Of a DNA stretch of 64,000 nt, positions 27,052 through 37,040 are shown in pieces (position 1 is the first letter of the stretch; every line of letters begins with the position of its first letter). The notes under the pieces were generated by a model, which was not told where the DNA came from, ran no database searches, and saw nothing but the letters and a program-made list of their open reading frames with translations. Origin of the DNA: Candidatus Moraniibacteriota bacterium. GTDB lineage: Bacteria; Patescibacteriota; Minisyncoccia; Moranbacterales; UBA9337. The position numbers were made by a program, and so were the translations under genes. The stretch spans positions 97,163-161,162 of the forward strand of contig JALSQF010000010.1 in the NCBI GenBank assembly GCA_026985555.1, written 5' to 3'.

Positions 27052-28715
27052 AATTCCCCGAAATATTTTTTAATTAAAATTCTTGTTTGTGAATCTAGAG
27101 CTGGAATAGCTCCTAAAGTAGGCGCAATAATTGGAACTAATAACCACTGCAGAAGCATATAGATATACTTTCGGCGAGAATATTTAGCCGGCCGTTCTGG
27201 CATCAAAAGAAAACTTAAAGACATTGAAACCAAAAGCCCTGCCATAGCTAATGTCATTAAATAACGTGTAATAAAAGGAAGATTATGAGCTAAAACACTT
27301 TGATTAAATTTTTCTCCACCCAAAATTAAAGGTAGCCATCCTAAAAAAGCCAAGATAAAAGGTGCTGTAGCCCACGAATGATGACCTTCTAACATTTCAA
27401 AAGCTACTTTAATCTTTTTATAAAAAGAAATTTTTTTATCAGGTAAGATGGCTCTCATTATTACTGGAAAATTTTCAATTCCATAGGCCCAACGTCTTTT
27501 TTGCAAATATTGATTTTTAATAGTTTTCCAATAAGTTTCAGCTAAAACAGCATCCAGTGAAATAGGTAAATATATTGGTTCTACTGCATAATCACCATGA
27601 AAATAAGAAAAACCTTTCCAGTAAATAATAGAATCTTCACTAATCATATTAACCGGCCAAAATCCAACTTTTACCAAGGTATCAAAAGGTTCGCTATGAG
27701 AAGAAAAGGTTACCATTTCTTTCCGTGTGCTTTGATAAATATGCCAAAAAGTAGAACTGGTAACGATTACTCTAACAAAAGCATTGGTGTCCCATAAATT
27801 ATTATGATAAACAGGGATAGGTTGGTAAGCTCTTTGTAATCTCTTGGGGTTGGTAATATATTTATAAGTTAAGGCAGAAAAATATTGCGGATGGCAAACA
27901 CTATCACAATCAAAATTAGAAAAAATAACTCGTTTATAATCAATTTTTTTTGTATCTAAATATTTCTGTAGTTTTTTAGCCGCATAAGTTGCATTAGAAG
28001 CTTTACACTTCATTTCTCCTGCTTTTACTTTATGAACTGTCACTAAAAAATCTTGAAAAACTCCTTCAAATTTATTTTTTAAATAATTAGCTTTTTTCAA
28101 TCTATGTTCTTCTGGTTCTCTTTCTTCGGTAGCTAAAAGAATAATGATCTGTTTATTAGGAAAAACAGAGTTAGCTATAGATTGCAAGGCTGGTTCTATA
28201 ATTTCTGCACTTTCCCCTGCCGTTGGCAAAAGAACAACATGAATAATTTCTTTCCAATTCCAAACTTTCACATTATTTTCTTTCATTCTTTTTAATTCTT
28301 GAATATGTTTTTGGATTATTTTTAATTCTCTTTTTAGTTTTTTTCTTTTTTTTCTTTTCCAGAAAGCTGTTGTCTTTATTTTCTCTTTTAATAATTTTTC
28401 ATCTTTTTTCTCTTCTATTAAATATTTTTCTAAATTATTAATTTTTTCACAACGTTTCTGCCAATTAATTTGTTTGCCTTCTTGCAATCGTAAAAATCCT
28501 TTTACTGAATAATAAGAAATAAAAAATGTCCTATAAATCCAATATATATCAAAAGCAATTATAAAAATAGAAACCCACACTGGAACAAAAAAAGAAAGAA
28601 TCGGAAGACCAAGTAATGTTAACCAAGTTAATGTTCCTGGAATAATCTCTAAAAAACGTTGTATTTTTTTTTGATTTTTTTCTTTAGTTTTAGGATTAGG
28701 AAAATAGAAAGACAT
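27021..28715 (-). CDS. processive family-2 glycosyltransferase (cellulose/chitin/PgaC-type synthase) with flanking TM helices
   Basis: It has the GT-A core LLPTAGESAEIIEPALQSIANS, DCD in FSNFDCDSVCHP, and a QxxRW motif (LQKRRWAYG). N- and C-terminal TM segments are present. Confidence 0.7.
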   Translation of the reverse strand: MSFYFPNPKTKEKNQKKIQRFLEIIPGTLTWLTLLGLPILSFFVPVWVSIFIIAFDIYWIYRTFFISYYSVKGFLRLQEGKQINWQKRCEKINNLEKYLIEEKKDEKLLKEKIKTTAFWKRKKRKKLKRELKIIQKHIQELKRMKENNVKVWNWKEIIHVVLLPTAGESAEIIEPALQSIANSVFPNKQIIILLATEEREPEEHRLKKANYLKNKFEGVFQDFLVTVHKVKAGEMKCKASNATYAAKKLQKYLDTKKIDYKRVIFSNFDCDSVCHPQYFSALTYKYITNPKRLQRAYQPIPVYHNNLWDTNAFVRVIVTSSTFWHIYQSTRKEMVTFSSHSEPFDTLVKVGFWPVNMISEDSIIYWKGFSYFHGDYAVEPIYLPISLDAVLAETYWKTIKNQYLQKRRWAYGIENFPVIMRAILPDKKISFYKKIKVAFEMLEGHHSWATAPFILAFLGWLPLILGGEKFNQSVLAHNLPFITRYLMTLAMAGLLVSMSLSFLLMPERPAKYSRRKYIYMLLQWLLVPIIAPTLGAIPALDSQTRILIKKYFGEFWVTEKVRKQ

Positions 28716-28718
28716 ACT

Positions 28719-29135
28719 TTAATAATTTACTACTAATAAACTAGCTAGACTTAACAATGAAATTAATTGAATAAAAATACTTATTAATAATAAAATATTA
28801 CTACCTAAATATTCTTCTTTTTGATATAAATAATTACTTAAATAAGTATTAATTACAATAAAAATAAAACTAATTATGGCTATTAAAAAAGTTTGTTTCC
28901 AGTCTCCAAATAAATCCACCCCAAAATAGGCATTATAATGCAAAATAATTTGGTAACGTTCCGTTTTCCAAAAAAATAGCGGTAGAATCCAAATTATTAA
29001 ATTTAAAAATAAAGCTGAAGAAAATAATATCTTATTAATTAAATTTTTCCAAAAAGAATTTTTCCAAAAAAGAAAAAAAAGTTTTATTTTAACTAAAAAC
29101 CTTTTTATTGCTAAATAAATATTTGAAATCGGCAT
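28719..29135 (-). CDS. small integral membrane protein
   Basis: It has four hydrophobic segments and lies in an operon position between the GT2 gene and the wHTH gene. Confidence 0.35.
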   Translation of the reverse strand: MPISNIYLAIKRFLVKIKLFFLFWKNSFWKNLINKILFSSALFLNLIIWILPLFFWKTERYQIILHYNAYFGVDLFGDWKQTFLIAIISFIFIVINTYLSNYLYQKEEYLGSNILLLISIFIQLISLLSLASLLVVNY

Positions 29136-29141
29136 AAGATA

Positions 29142-29780
29142 TTATTTTTTAATTCCAGCAATAACTCTTTTTAATTTAGGTAATCTATTAATAACTTCTT
29201 CATGGGGACCTTTTAAGAAGTCAAACAAAAAACGATCTAGCATATTTAATCTATAGTTAAGCTCTTCTGTAGATAAAAGCATATAACCAATTTCTTTACC
29301 TATTTCTGCTTCTAAATTAGCAATAACATTGTTTAATTTTCTTCTGCTAACATTATCAGCCACAATTAAAAGATCGGCTCTACTTTTTGGATAGTTTAAA
29401 AAAATACCACTTATAATAGCTAGTTTGACATTGCCAATATTTTTTATTTTTCCTAAACTTTTAGATTGTGGAAAAATATTAGATTTAACCAATAAACTTT
29501 CTAATTCAGGATAAAAAGAAAATTGTAAATTGATCTTATAATATTTAAACCTACCCTTACGATGGCTTTTGAGAAATTTAATTTTTACCAAATTATTTAG
29601 TTCAGAACGAGATTCTTTTTTATTTATTTTATTTTTATTGACAATTTCATTAAAAGTATATTCATTTTGAGAATTTAACAAAAAAAAACGTAACAATCTT
29701 AAACGCACTTTAGATCCAAATAATTTTTCTAAAACTTCTGACATAACTCTATTTTTTTTATTCTTTTCATAAGATAGCAT
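29142..29780 (-). CDS. hypothetical protein, possibly with an N-terminal winged-helix domain
   Basis: Only a weak wHTH-like pattern (KVRLRLLRFFLLNSQNEYTFNEIVNK) is present. Confidence 0.3.
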   Translation of the reverse strand: MLSYEKNKKNRVMSEVLEKLFGSKVRLRLLRFFLLNSQNEYTFNEIVNKNKINKKESRSELNNLVKIKFLKSHRKGRFKYYKINLQFSFYPELESLLVKSNIFPQSKSLGKIKNIGNVKLAIISGIFLNYPKSRADLLIVADNVSRRKLNNVIANLEAEIGKEIGYMLLSTEELNYRLNMLDRFLFDFLKGPHEEVINRLPKLKRVIAGIKK

Positions 29781-29829
29781 AGCACAAAAAGAAGAAAAAG
29801 CAAATTTATTTATAAAATAAAAACAATTA

Positions 29830-30996
29830 TTATTTTATACTATGATAATATTTTTGAATATTTTTTTGATAAATATTCTCTAGTTTTTCACTAGTAATTG
29901 AAGCAGTATATTTTTCTAATACCAGCTCCTTTCCTTTTTGCCCCTTTAAAATCCTTTCTTTTTTGTTATTAATAAAATATTGAACTGCTTGACGAAATTC
30001 ATCTTTATTTTTTTTTGTTAATATTCCCGCTTGAGAATTTGATAAAACATCTGTAACACCTGAGGCATTTAGAGCTACTACAGGAAGTTGCATATAAAGA
30101 GCCTCTATAATAATTAGTCCTTGAGTTTCACTTTCGGAAGCATAAACAAAAATATCTCCTGCAGCATAATAATTTTTAATCTCTTTTTTATTAATTAAGC
30201 CACTAAAAATGATTTGATTTTTATTAAATTTAGCATATTTATTTTCTAAATATTTTTTTAAATAACCTTCTCCTACTACTAAAAATTTTATATTATTATT
30301 GGTTTCTAATAATGGCTGTAATGATTGAAAAATGAATTCTACATTTTTCTCTTCTGTTAAACGACTAACTAATAATAGCACTACATCATTTTTTTTAAAT
30401 CCATATTTATTTCTAATTTTTTCTTTATTAAAATTTTTAAAGTTATTTTCATTAATACCTGTAGGTAAAATTTCTATAGTTTTTTTTGAAAAAACTCCCC
30501 ATTTTTGAATAATCTTTTTTACAGAATTAGTGGGAACAATTATTTGATCGGTTTTATTTGCGTAATTAACCGCCTTTTTAATTATCCATTTGCTTGCCAA
30601 TTTAGCCGGAATTATAGGAACAAAATTAATATAATGATCATAAAGTGTATGCCAAGTAAAAACTAAAGGGATTTTCTTTTTTTTACTCCAATAATAAGCC
30701 GCATTTCCCAATAAGTTTGGATGTTGGGAATGAATAATGTCTAAATCTATTTTTTGTATAATTTTTGATATTTTACGAGAATAAGGAATTGGCAAAGGAA
30801 ACCTAATTTTATATTGCAAATCTAAAGAAGGATAACGAAAAACATTAGAATTAATATCTTGATATCCCTTAAAAAAGGGAGCAAAAATAAAAACTTGATG
30901 TCCACGTTTTTCTAATTCAAAACGAAAACTTTCAATAGAAGTAGTTACTCCGTAAATATTAGGTAAATAATTATTAGTAAATACTCCTATTTTCAT
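29830..30996 (-). CDS. glycosyltransferase family 4 (diacylglycerol/lipid glycosyltransferase-like)
   Basis: The N-terminus MKIGVFTNNYLPNIYGVTTSIESF is typical of GT4 enzymes. The C-terminal motif is SETQGLIIIEALYMQLPVVAL. Confidence 0.75.
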   Translation of the reverse strand: MKIGVFTNNYLPNIYGVTTSIESFRFELEKRGHQVFIFAPFFKGYQDINSNVFRYPSLDLQYKIRFPLPIPYSRKISKIIQKIDLDIIHSQHPNLLGNAAYYWSKKKKIPLVFTWHTLYDHYINFVPIIPAKLASKWIIKKAVNYANKTDQIIVPTNSVKKIIQKWGVFSKKTIEILPTGINENNFKNFNKEKIRNKYGFKKNDVVLLLVSRLTEEKNVEFIFQSLQPLLETNNNIKFLVVGEGYLKKYLENKYAKFNKNQIIFSGLINKKEIKNYYAAGDIFVYASESETQGLIIIEALYMQLPVVALNASGVTDVLSNSQAGILTKKNKDEFRQAVQYFINNKKERILKGQKGKELVLEKYTASITSEKLENIYQKNIQKYYHSIK

Positions 30997-31007
30997 ATTT
31001 TCATAAA

Positions 31008-31715
31008 TTATTTAATTTTACAAGTTACATCATAAATTACATCTTTCTTTTCCACTTTAATTGTCCAGCCTTTCTTTTCAGCAATTTGTTTTAAATTAAA
31101 ATTAGGATTAAATGCAATTGGATGAGATACTAATTCTAAAAAAGAAAGATCAGATTCAGTATCACCTATTCCAAAAGAGTTTTCTAATGTTAGATTATGT
31201 TCAATAATGTATTGTTTTAATAAAAATCCTTTATTTTTAACTGGAGTAAATTTTTCTTTTCCAGTATAAAATCCTTGCTTATCCGTCTCATAAACTGTTC
31301 CAAAAACTTTATCTAAACCCATATGTAATTTGTTAAACTCTTCTACAATTTCAATAGGAGATCCAGAAATAGCAATAATATGATAATTTTTTTTACGTAA
31401 TTTATTAATTAAACTATCGGCATATATATAAGTTCTATTTTTATGAAAAGGCACCACAATCTGACTAGCTCTTTTAATTTCTTGAGGTTTTTTACCTTTA
31501 ATGTGTTGATTATAAAGTTTTACCAATTCCATTCTATAACTTTCATAAGTTCCCTTATGCTCTAACCAATCAGTATATAAATCAATTAACTTTTTTCTTA
31601 CATAACGAGGAAAAACCTTCATCCAAACCAATTCATTGATTAACTCAAAATGCAAATTTTTACGAAAAATAGTTCCATCAATATCAAAAACTGCTATTTT
31701 TTGTTTTGTATTCAT
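31008..31715 (-). CDS. HAD-superfamily hydrolase (IB/phosphoserine-phosphatase-like)
   Basis: HAD motif I is IAVFDIDGTIF, and motif IV is FGIGDTESD. Confidence 0.7.
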   Translation of the reverse strand: MNTKQKIAVFDIDGTIFRKNLHFELINELVWMKVFPRYVRKKLIDLYTDWLEHKGTYESYRMELVKLYNQHIKGKKPQEIKRASQIVVPFHKNRTYIYADSLINKLRKKNYHIIAISGSPIEIVEEFNKLHMGLDKVFGTVYETDKQGFYTGKEKFTPVKNKGFLLKQYIIEHNLTLENSFGIGDTESDLSFLELVSHPIAFNPNFNLKQIAEKKGWTIKVEKKDVIYDVTCKIK

Positions 31716-31720
31716 TGAAA

Positions 31721-33091
31721 TTATTCTTTAAATTTAGGTAGTGTTAATATAAATTGAGATCCTACTCCACTCATACTTTCTACTGTTAAATCTCCTTTCA
31801 TTTTTAAAGCTAATTCTTTGGAAATCCACAAACCTAACCCCGTTCCATTAATTGCTTCAGTTTTTTTATTTTTAATCCTATAGAATTTTTTAAAAAGATT
31901 TTTCATCTCTTGAGCAGACATACCAATACCAGTATCTTTAACCACTATTTTAATAAAATCTTTATCTATTTCTGTTTTTACAGTAACACTTCCTTGAGGA
32001 GTATATTTAATAGCATTTCCTACTAAATTGACTAAAATTTGTTTTACTCTGGCTTCATCAGCTTTAATCCATAATTCATTATTTAAATTATTCTTAAGTT
32101 TTAAACTGATTTTCTTTTTAGAAGCATCTATTTGGAATTGTTCCATAACTTCGTTTAATATTTCTGATAAATTCACTTTTTCTAAATTAATCTTTAGTTT
32201 TCCTTGTTCTATACGAGAAACATCTAAAATATCTTCTACTAGTTCACGCAATCTTTTAGAGGCTATCTTTATATTTTTGAGATGCTTTAATCTTTCTTTA
32301 AATTCTGAAGTATTTTTTTCCGATGATTTTTTTTCTAAGGAATCTTTTAATAGTTCTGCATATCCATTAATTATAGTTAGTGGCATTTTCAATTCATGAC
32401 TAGCCATAGAAATAAAATCATCTTTCATTTTATCTACCTCCTCAAGTTTCGTTACCCTTACCGCATATTTAAATAAACGCGTATGATTAACAACTAAAAG
32501 CAAAACTATTAATAATGATGCTATTGACACCCAATACATTCGTTTTATGGTCTGATTAATTAATTTATCACTATCTGATAATGACATATCAAAAGTTACA
32601 ATTCCTTCTTTTTTTCCATTAGATTGAATTGTTTTAGAAATTTCCCAAAAACGACCCAAAGAATGATCTGACATTAAATAAGCGATGCCTTCTTGTGGAT
32701 GTTGCCAAGCAATAAAGATAATATCATTAGCCACACTCTTATTAATTTTACTTTTATCTGTAGATGCTATTATTTTAAATTCATCTTTATTTTCTTTTGG
32801 TTTTAAAATGTTAATTTCTAAAATTTCATCATCTTTATCTTTAATCTTTTCTATAAGAGATTGTATTTTGTTTTCATTATTAATTTCATCCGCAATAGAT
32901 AAATTAAAAATGTCTTCAGCTAAAATGGCTTTGCTATGCAATAATGTATCATTATTTTTTTGAAATTTAATAACTGAATAATAAGTATTAAAAAAGATAA
33001 TAGCGGAAACAACAATTATTAAAAAGAAAGAGTAAATTATAGTAGGATTTTTTTTAATAAAATTTACTCCTTTATAAATTAAGCTCCACAT
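31721..33091 (-). CDS. sensor histidine kinase (membrane-anchored, with an extracytoplasmic sensor domain)
   Basis: The H-box is MASHELKMPL. The N-box is NLVGNAIKYT, the G1 box is DTGIGM and the G2 box is GTGLGLWISKELA. Two TM segments flank a sensor domain of about 150 aa. Confidence 0.85.
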   Translation of the reverse strand: MWSLIYKGVNFIKKNPTIIYSFFLIIVVSAIIFFNTYYSVIKFQKNNDTLLHSKAILAEDIFNLSIADEINNENKIQSLIEKIKDKDDEILEINILKPKENKDEFKIIASTDKSKINKSVANDIIFIAWQHPQEGIAYLMSDHSLGRFWEISKTIQSNGKKEGIVTFDMSLSDSDKLINQTIKRMYWVSIASLLIVLLLVVNHTRLFKYAVRVTKLEEVDKMKDDFISMASHELKMPLTIINGYAELLKDSLEKKSSEKNTSEFKERLKHLKNIKIASKRLRELVEDILDVSRIEQGKLKINLEKVNLSEILNEVMEQFQIDASKKKISLKLKNNLNNELWIKADEARVKQILVNLVGNAIKYTPQGSVTVKTEIDKDFIKIVVKDTGIGMSAQEMKNLFKKFYRIKNKKTEAINGTGLGLWISKELALKMKGDLTVESMSGVGSQFILTLPKFKE

Positions 33092-33115
33092 TATTCAAAT
33101 ATTTATAGATTAATA

Positions 33116-34630
33116 TTAATTTTGTTTATTATGAGAAATAGAAAAACCAATTAATCCTAAAGCCGAAACGGAAAAAGCTACAATGATTAAAATTAAGTAA
33201 ATAATACTCTTTTTCTGACTTTCTTGTATGGGAGAAAGTGGCTGAACAGGAGGCGTTTTTTCTTGTCCCACAGTAATAGCTTGAGCAGTTTTTATAAAAT
33301 AAAACGGTTTACTTTTAGCTGTTATTTTTCCAGTATTATCTGTTAAAACAACAAAAGCTTCGTGTTTTCCGTTAGCTAAATTTTTATCTAAATCATAAGA
33401 CCAATTTCCTTGACTATCCGTTCTTACGGTTACAATAATTGGATTTTCACTATAAATATAAATATTAACAAAAGTATTAGGAAGAGCTGTTCCACTTAAA
33501 TATATTTTTTCTTCTGTTTTTTTAGATAAGTTATCGTTAGCTTTTTTCTTTTTTAATTTTACTTTTTTAATTTTAAAATTCTCTTTTTCCTGTCCTTGTT
33601 TTCTAGGATCTTGAAATATCATTTTATCTCCCTTTTTTTTGTCGGAAGCCTTGAGTGGATTATATCCATTTTTTACTTCATCGCCATCTAAAAATCCGTC
33701 TCCATCGGTATCTGGATTAAAAGGATCTGTTCCTCTTCTAATTTCTTCTTTATTGTAAAGTCCATCTCCATCTGCATCAACGCCAGAATTAATTATAGAT
33801 TTTTTTTGATTTTGATAGGAAGAAAAGTAGGAACTGTTCTTATTAAAATTATCTTTATTAGATAAGTGTTTTTGTTTCTTTGATTTTTTTTGAGATATTT
33901 TATCTTTAGTACTATTATCTTTTTCAGTATTTTTAATATTATTAGTATTTTTTATAATATTAGAATTAAAAGTAGTATAATTAATATTAATAAATATAGT
34001 TCCTACATTATATTCTCCAAATTTATTTTTTGCATCTATTATTACTTTGTATTGACCATTAGGAAAATTTTTAGCCACATTAATCTTTAAAACCCAAATA
34101 TTTTTGTCTTCATAAGCAAACTTTCCTAAATAAATTTTTTTACTAGAACCTATTTTTCTAGCATAAGCCTCTATTTTACTTACTTCTTTAGCTTTAACTT
34201 TTATTTCAAAAATTTTATCAGATATTATAATTCCATTATTAGGACTTAATATTTTACTTTCATTGATTATTTGTTGTATTTCATCATTTTCGTTTCTATT
34301 ATTATTGTTGTTGTTGTCATCTCTATTTTCATTACTATCCTCGCTTTCATCTGATATCAAATCTTCGTTATTATTTTGAATAGTACGTGTATTTTGCATA
34401 TCTTGATCAAATTTATTTTTAAATTCTTCATCTTCTTCTGGCGCTTGAAAATCATCTTGTGATTCATAATCTTCTAAATTTAGATTATCAAAATCATCTA
34501 CATTATAAGCGTTTACTATGTTTAATAAAAAAACAACCAAAAACACTCCTAAAAAAATAAAAACTAAAAAAACAATTATCATCAAGTGATTATTGAAGAA
34601 TTGTTTCTTGTTTTTAAAGTTTATTTTCAT
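33116..34630 (-). CDS. membrane-anchored surface protein with an Asn/Asp-rich low-complexity region, an Ig-like region and TSP3/calcium-binding-like repeats
   Basis: It has the N-terminal TM LMIIVFLVFIFLGVFLVVFLL, a poly-N/D tract, DADGDGLYNKEEIRRGTDPFNPDTDGDGFLDGDE repeats, and a C-terminal TM. Confidence 0.5.
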   Translation of the reverse strand: MKINFKNKKQFFNNHLMIIVFLVFIFLGVFLVVFLLNIVNAYNVDDFDNLNLEDYESQDDFQAPEEDEEFKNKFDQDMQNTRTIQNNNEDLISDESEDSNENRDDNNNNNNRNENDEIQQIINESKILSPNNGIIISDKIFEIKVKAKEVSKIEAYARKIGSSKKIYLGKFAYEDKNIWVLKINVAKNFPNGQYKVIIDAKNKFGEYNVGTIFININYTTFNSNIIKNTNNIKNTEKDNSTKDKISQKKSKKQKHLSNKDNFNKNSSYFSSYQNQKKSIINSGVDADGDGLYNKEEIRRGTDPFNPDTDGDGFLDGDEVKNGYNPLKASDKKKGDKMIFQDPRKQGQEKENFKIKKVKLKKKKANDNLSKKTEEKIYLSGTALPNTFVNIYIYSENPIIVTVRTDSQGNWSYDLDKNLANGKHEAFVVLTDNTGKITAKSKPFYFIKTAQAITVGQEKTPPVQPLSPIQESQKKSIIYLILIIVAFSVSALGLIGFSISHNKQN

Positions 34631-34705
34631 TTTTGTTATTATTGTAAACCAATCTAATAATTGATTTTATTATAGCATTTTATTTCTATTTTACAATATT
34701 TTATT

Positions 34706-35878
34706 CTAATTTTTCAGTCTTTCTTGAATTAATTCTTCTAGAACTTTTAAGGCCTTCTCTTGAGGAATATTTTTTTTAACTAATTTTTCTTTATAATATA
34801 AATCTATTTTACCCGGAGCGCTACCTACATATCCAAAATCAGCACCAGCCATTTCACCGGGACCATTAACAATACATCCCATAACTGCAATAGTAACTCC
34901 TTTTAAATAGGAAAATTTGGTTTTTATTTTCTCACTTACTTTTTCTATATCAAACAATGTTCTTCCGCAACCAGGACAAGATATAAATTCTGCCTGAGTA
35001 ATACGACGGCGCGTAGCTTGCAAAATATCATAAGCTACTGGAATTTCTTTCTCTGGAGATTCTGTTAAAGAAACTCTTAAAGTGTCCCCTATTCCTTCTA
35101 ATAAAAGCGTTCCTATTCCTAACACTGATTTAGCACGTCCAGCTTCGCCACTTCCAGCCTCTGTTACTCCTAAATGAATAGGATAATCCATTCCTTCTTT
35201 TTTCATTTGAAAAACTAATTTACGATTAGCTTCTATCATTATTAATGGATCTGATGCCTTCAGAGCTACGACTATTTGATTATAATGATATTTTTGAAAA
35301 ATACGTAAATATTCCATAGTTCCTTCCACCATACCTCGTGTAGTGTTTCCGTATTTATTTAAAATTCTTTTTGAAAGTGAGCCATGATTAGTTCCTATTC
35401 TAATAGGTTTTTTAATTTTTTTTGCTTGTTGAATAAATCCTTGCAACTCCTTTTCAATTCTTTTTAAAATTTTTTGATACTCTTTGCTTGTCTTTATTTC
35501 TATATTTTCTAATTTTTTATCTAAAAAATTTCCTGGATTTAACCGAACTTTATCAGCCCATTTTAACGCTTCTAAAGCTGCCGAGGGTAAAAAATGAACA
35601 TCAGCAATTAATGGAACCTTGCAATGATATTGCTTTTTTAAATATTGTCTAATTGCTTGCAATGCTTTGGCGTGTTTTGGTGTAGGAGTTGTAATCCTCA
35701 CTAATTCTGCTCCTGCTTGAACACATTTCCAAATTTGTTGAGCAGTTGCTTTAATATCTAAAGTATCCGTATTGGTCATAGTTTGAACACGAATGGGATT
35801 ATTTTTGCCAATTCCAATCTCACCTACCATTATTTCACGTGTTTTGATTCTATTTTTTAGAGCTTTAAATCTTTTCAT
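34706..35878 (-). CDS. ispG: 4-hydroxy-3-methylbut-2-en-1-yl diphosphate synthase (GcpE)
   Basis: Hallmark motifs IRVQTMTNTDT and VRITTPT are present. The Cys ligands of the [4Fe-4S] cluster are CPGCGRT and MGCIVNGPGE. Confidence 0.9.
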   Translation of the reverse strand: MKRFKALKNRIKTREIMVGEIGIGKNNPIRVQTMTNTDTLDIKATAQQIWKCVQAGAELVRITTPTPKHAKALQAIRQYLKKQYHCKVPLIADVHFLPSAALEALKWADKVRLNPGNFLDKKLENIEIKTSKEYQKILKRIEKELQGFIQQAKKIKKPIRIGTNHGSLSKRILNKYGNTTRGMVEGTMEYLRIFQKYHYNQIVVALKASDPLIMIEANRKLVFQMKKEGMDYPIHLGVTEAGSGEAGRAKSVLGIGTLLLEGIGDTLRVSLTESPEKEIPVAYDILQATRRRITQAEFISCPGCGRTLFDIEKVSEKIKTKFSYLKGVTIAVMGCIVNGPGEMAGADFGYVGSAPGKIDLYYKEKLVKKNIPQEKALKVLEELIQERLKN

Positions 35879-36053
35879 ATAATTTTTAAAAATTTAAATA
35901 ATTAATTTACCTATTTGATAGACAATAAAAGACAAAACCCAAGATATTGAAAAAGTAAATAACATCTGAGAAAAAACAAATTTCCAACTATTTGTTTCTG
36001 ATTTAACCACACTTAAAGTTGCTAGACAAGGCATATATAAAGTTTTTTCTTCA

Positions 36054-37031
36054 TTAAATTGATTGTTTAATTTTTCTTAAAAATCTATATAAAAAATAAG
36101 GATATTTTTTCAAAACAATATCATAAGTTCCTGGATATTCTACTAGCTTTGGAATTTTACTAAAACCTAATTTAAAACGTGTAATTCCTTTCCAATTACT
36201 TTCTATAGCTACTAAATTATTGTTATCCTTTTTTATTTTTACTCCTCCTAAATCATACCATTTTTTATTTTTTTTGTGGGCATCTTGAATAATTTTCCAA
36301 TGTAATGCGAAAGGTCCCATTAATTGACGAAAATTATCATCAAAAGCTCCGTGTAAATAAATGGCTTGTTGTCTATAAAAAATCACTATAGCACCAGCAA
36401 TAATTTTATCTTGATATTGAGCTAAATATAAATCAATCATATATGTTGGTAAACTCTGTAACATTTTTTGGTAATAATCTAAAGGATATGGTTTTATTCT
36501 TTGACGTTGAGAAGTTTTTTTTATTAATTGCCAAAATTGATGCAATAATTTTTGCCTTTGATTAAAATGAAAATCCGATAATTTAATAACAGAAACTTTT
36601 TTTCTTTGAGCTAAACGAATATTATAACGCGTTTTAGGTTTCATTAAAGATAAAATTTCTTTTGGCTCTAAATTAATATTTATCCATAGGTTTTGAACAG
36701 GTTGAATATCAATAGGCGCTTTTTTTAGAGAAAGATTAACGATACTAGATTGAATAAGTCTTATAATCTCTTTGCTAGGAGGTTCTATCCTAACCCAATT
36801 AACTCCAAAATCAGTTGCCTTTTTAATTATTAATTCCAATACGTTTTTAATATCATTTTTGTTTTTTATTTCTGGACCACGTGGTAAATAAAAATAATTT
36901 CCCACTAAAGGTAAAGGCTCTTTTATTATTTTAGCTGAAAAAGATTTGTTTTTTGACAAATCTAACGTTGTTTTTCCATAAGATTTTTGGAAATTTAACC
37001 ATTCCCTTGATTGTAGAAAACTTTCTTTCAT
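36054..37031 (-). CDS. FemAB-family peptidoglycan bridge aminoacyltransferase
   Basis: The N-terminal LQSREWLNFQKSYG and the C-terminal YLHGAFDDNFRQLMGPFALHWKIIQDAHKKNKKWYDLGG parallel FemX regions LQLTKWAETK..GW and YLYGASS..HHMQYTMMKYA..YDFGG. Confidence 0.65.
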   Translation of the reverse strand: MKESFLQSREWLNFQKSYGKTTLDLSKNKSFSAKIIKEPLPLVGNYFYLPRGPEIKNKNDIKNVLELIIKKATDFGVNWVRIEPPSKEIIRLIQSSIVNLSLKKAPIDIQPVQNLWININLEPKEILSLMKPKTRYNIRLAQRKKVSVIKLSDFHFNQRQKLLHQFWQLIKKTSQRQRIKPYPLDYYQKMLQSLPTYMIDLYLAQYQDKIIAGAIVIFYRQQAIYLHGAFDDNFRQLMGPFALHWKIIQDAHKKNKKWYDLGGVKIKKDNNNLVAIESNWKGITRFKLGFSKIPKLVEYPGTYDIVLKKYPYFLYRFLRKIKQSI

Positions 37032-37040
37032 TAGAATAAG

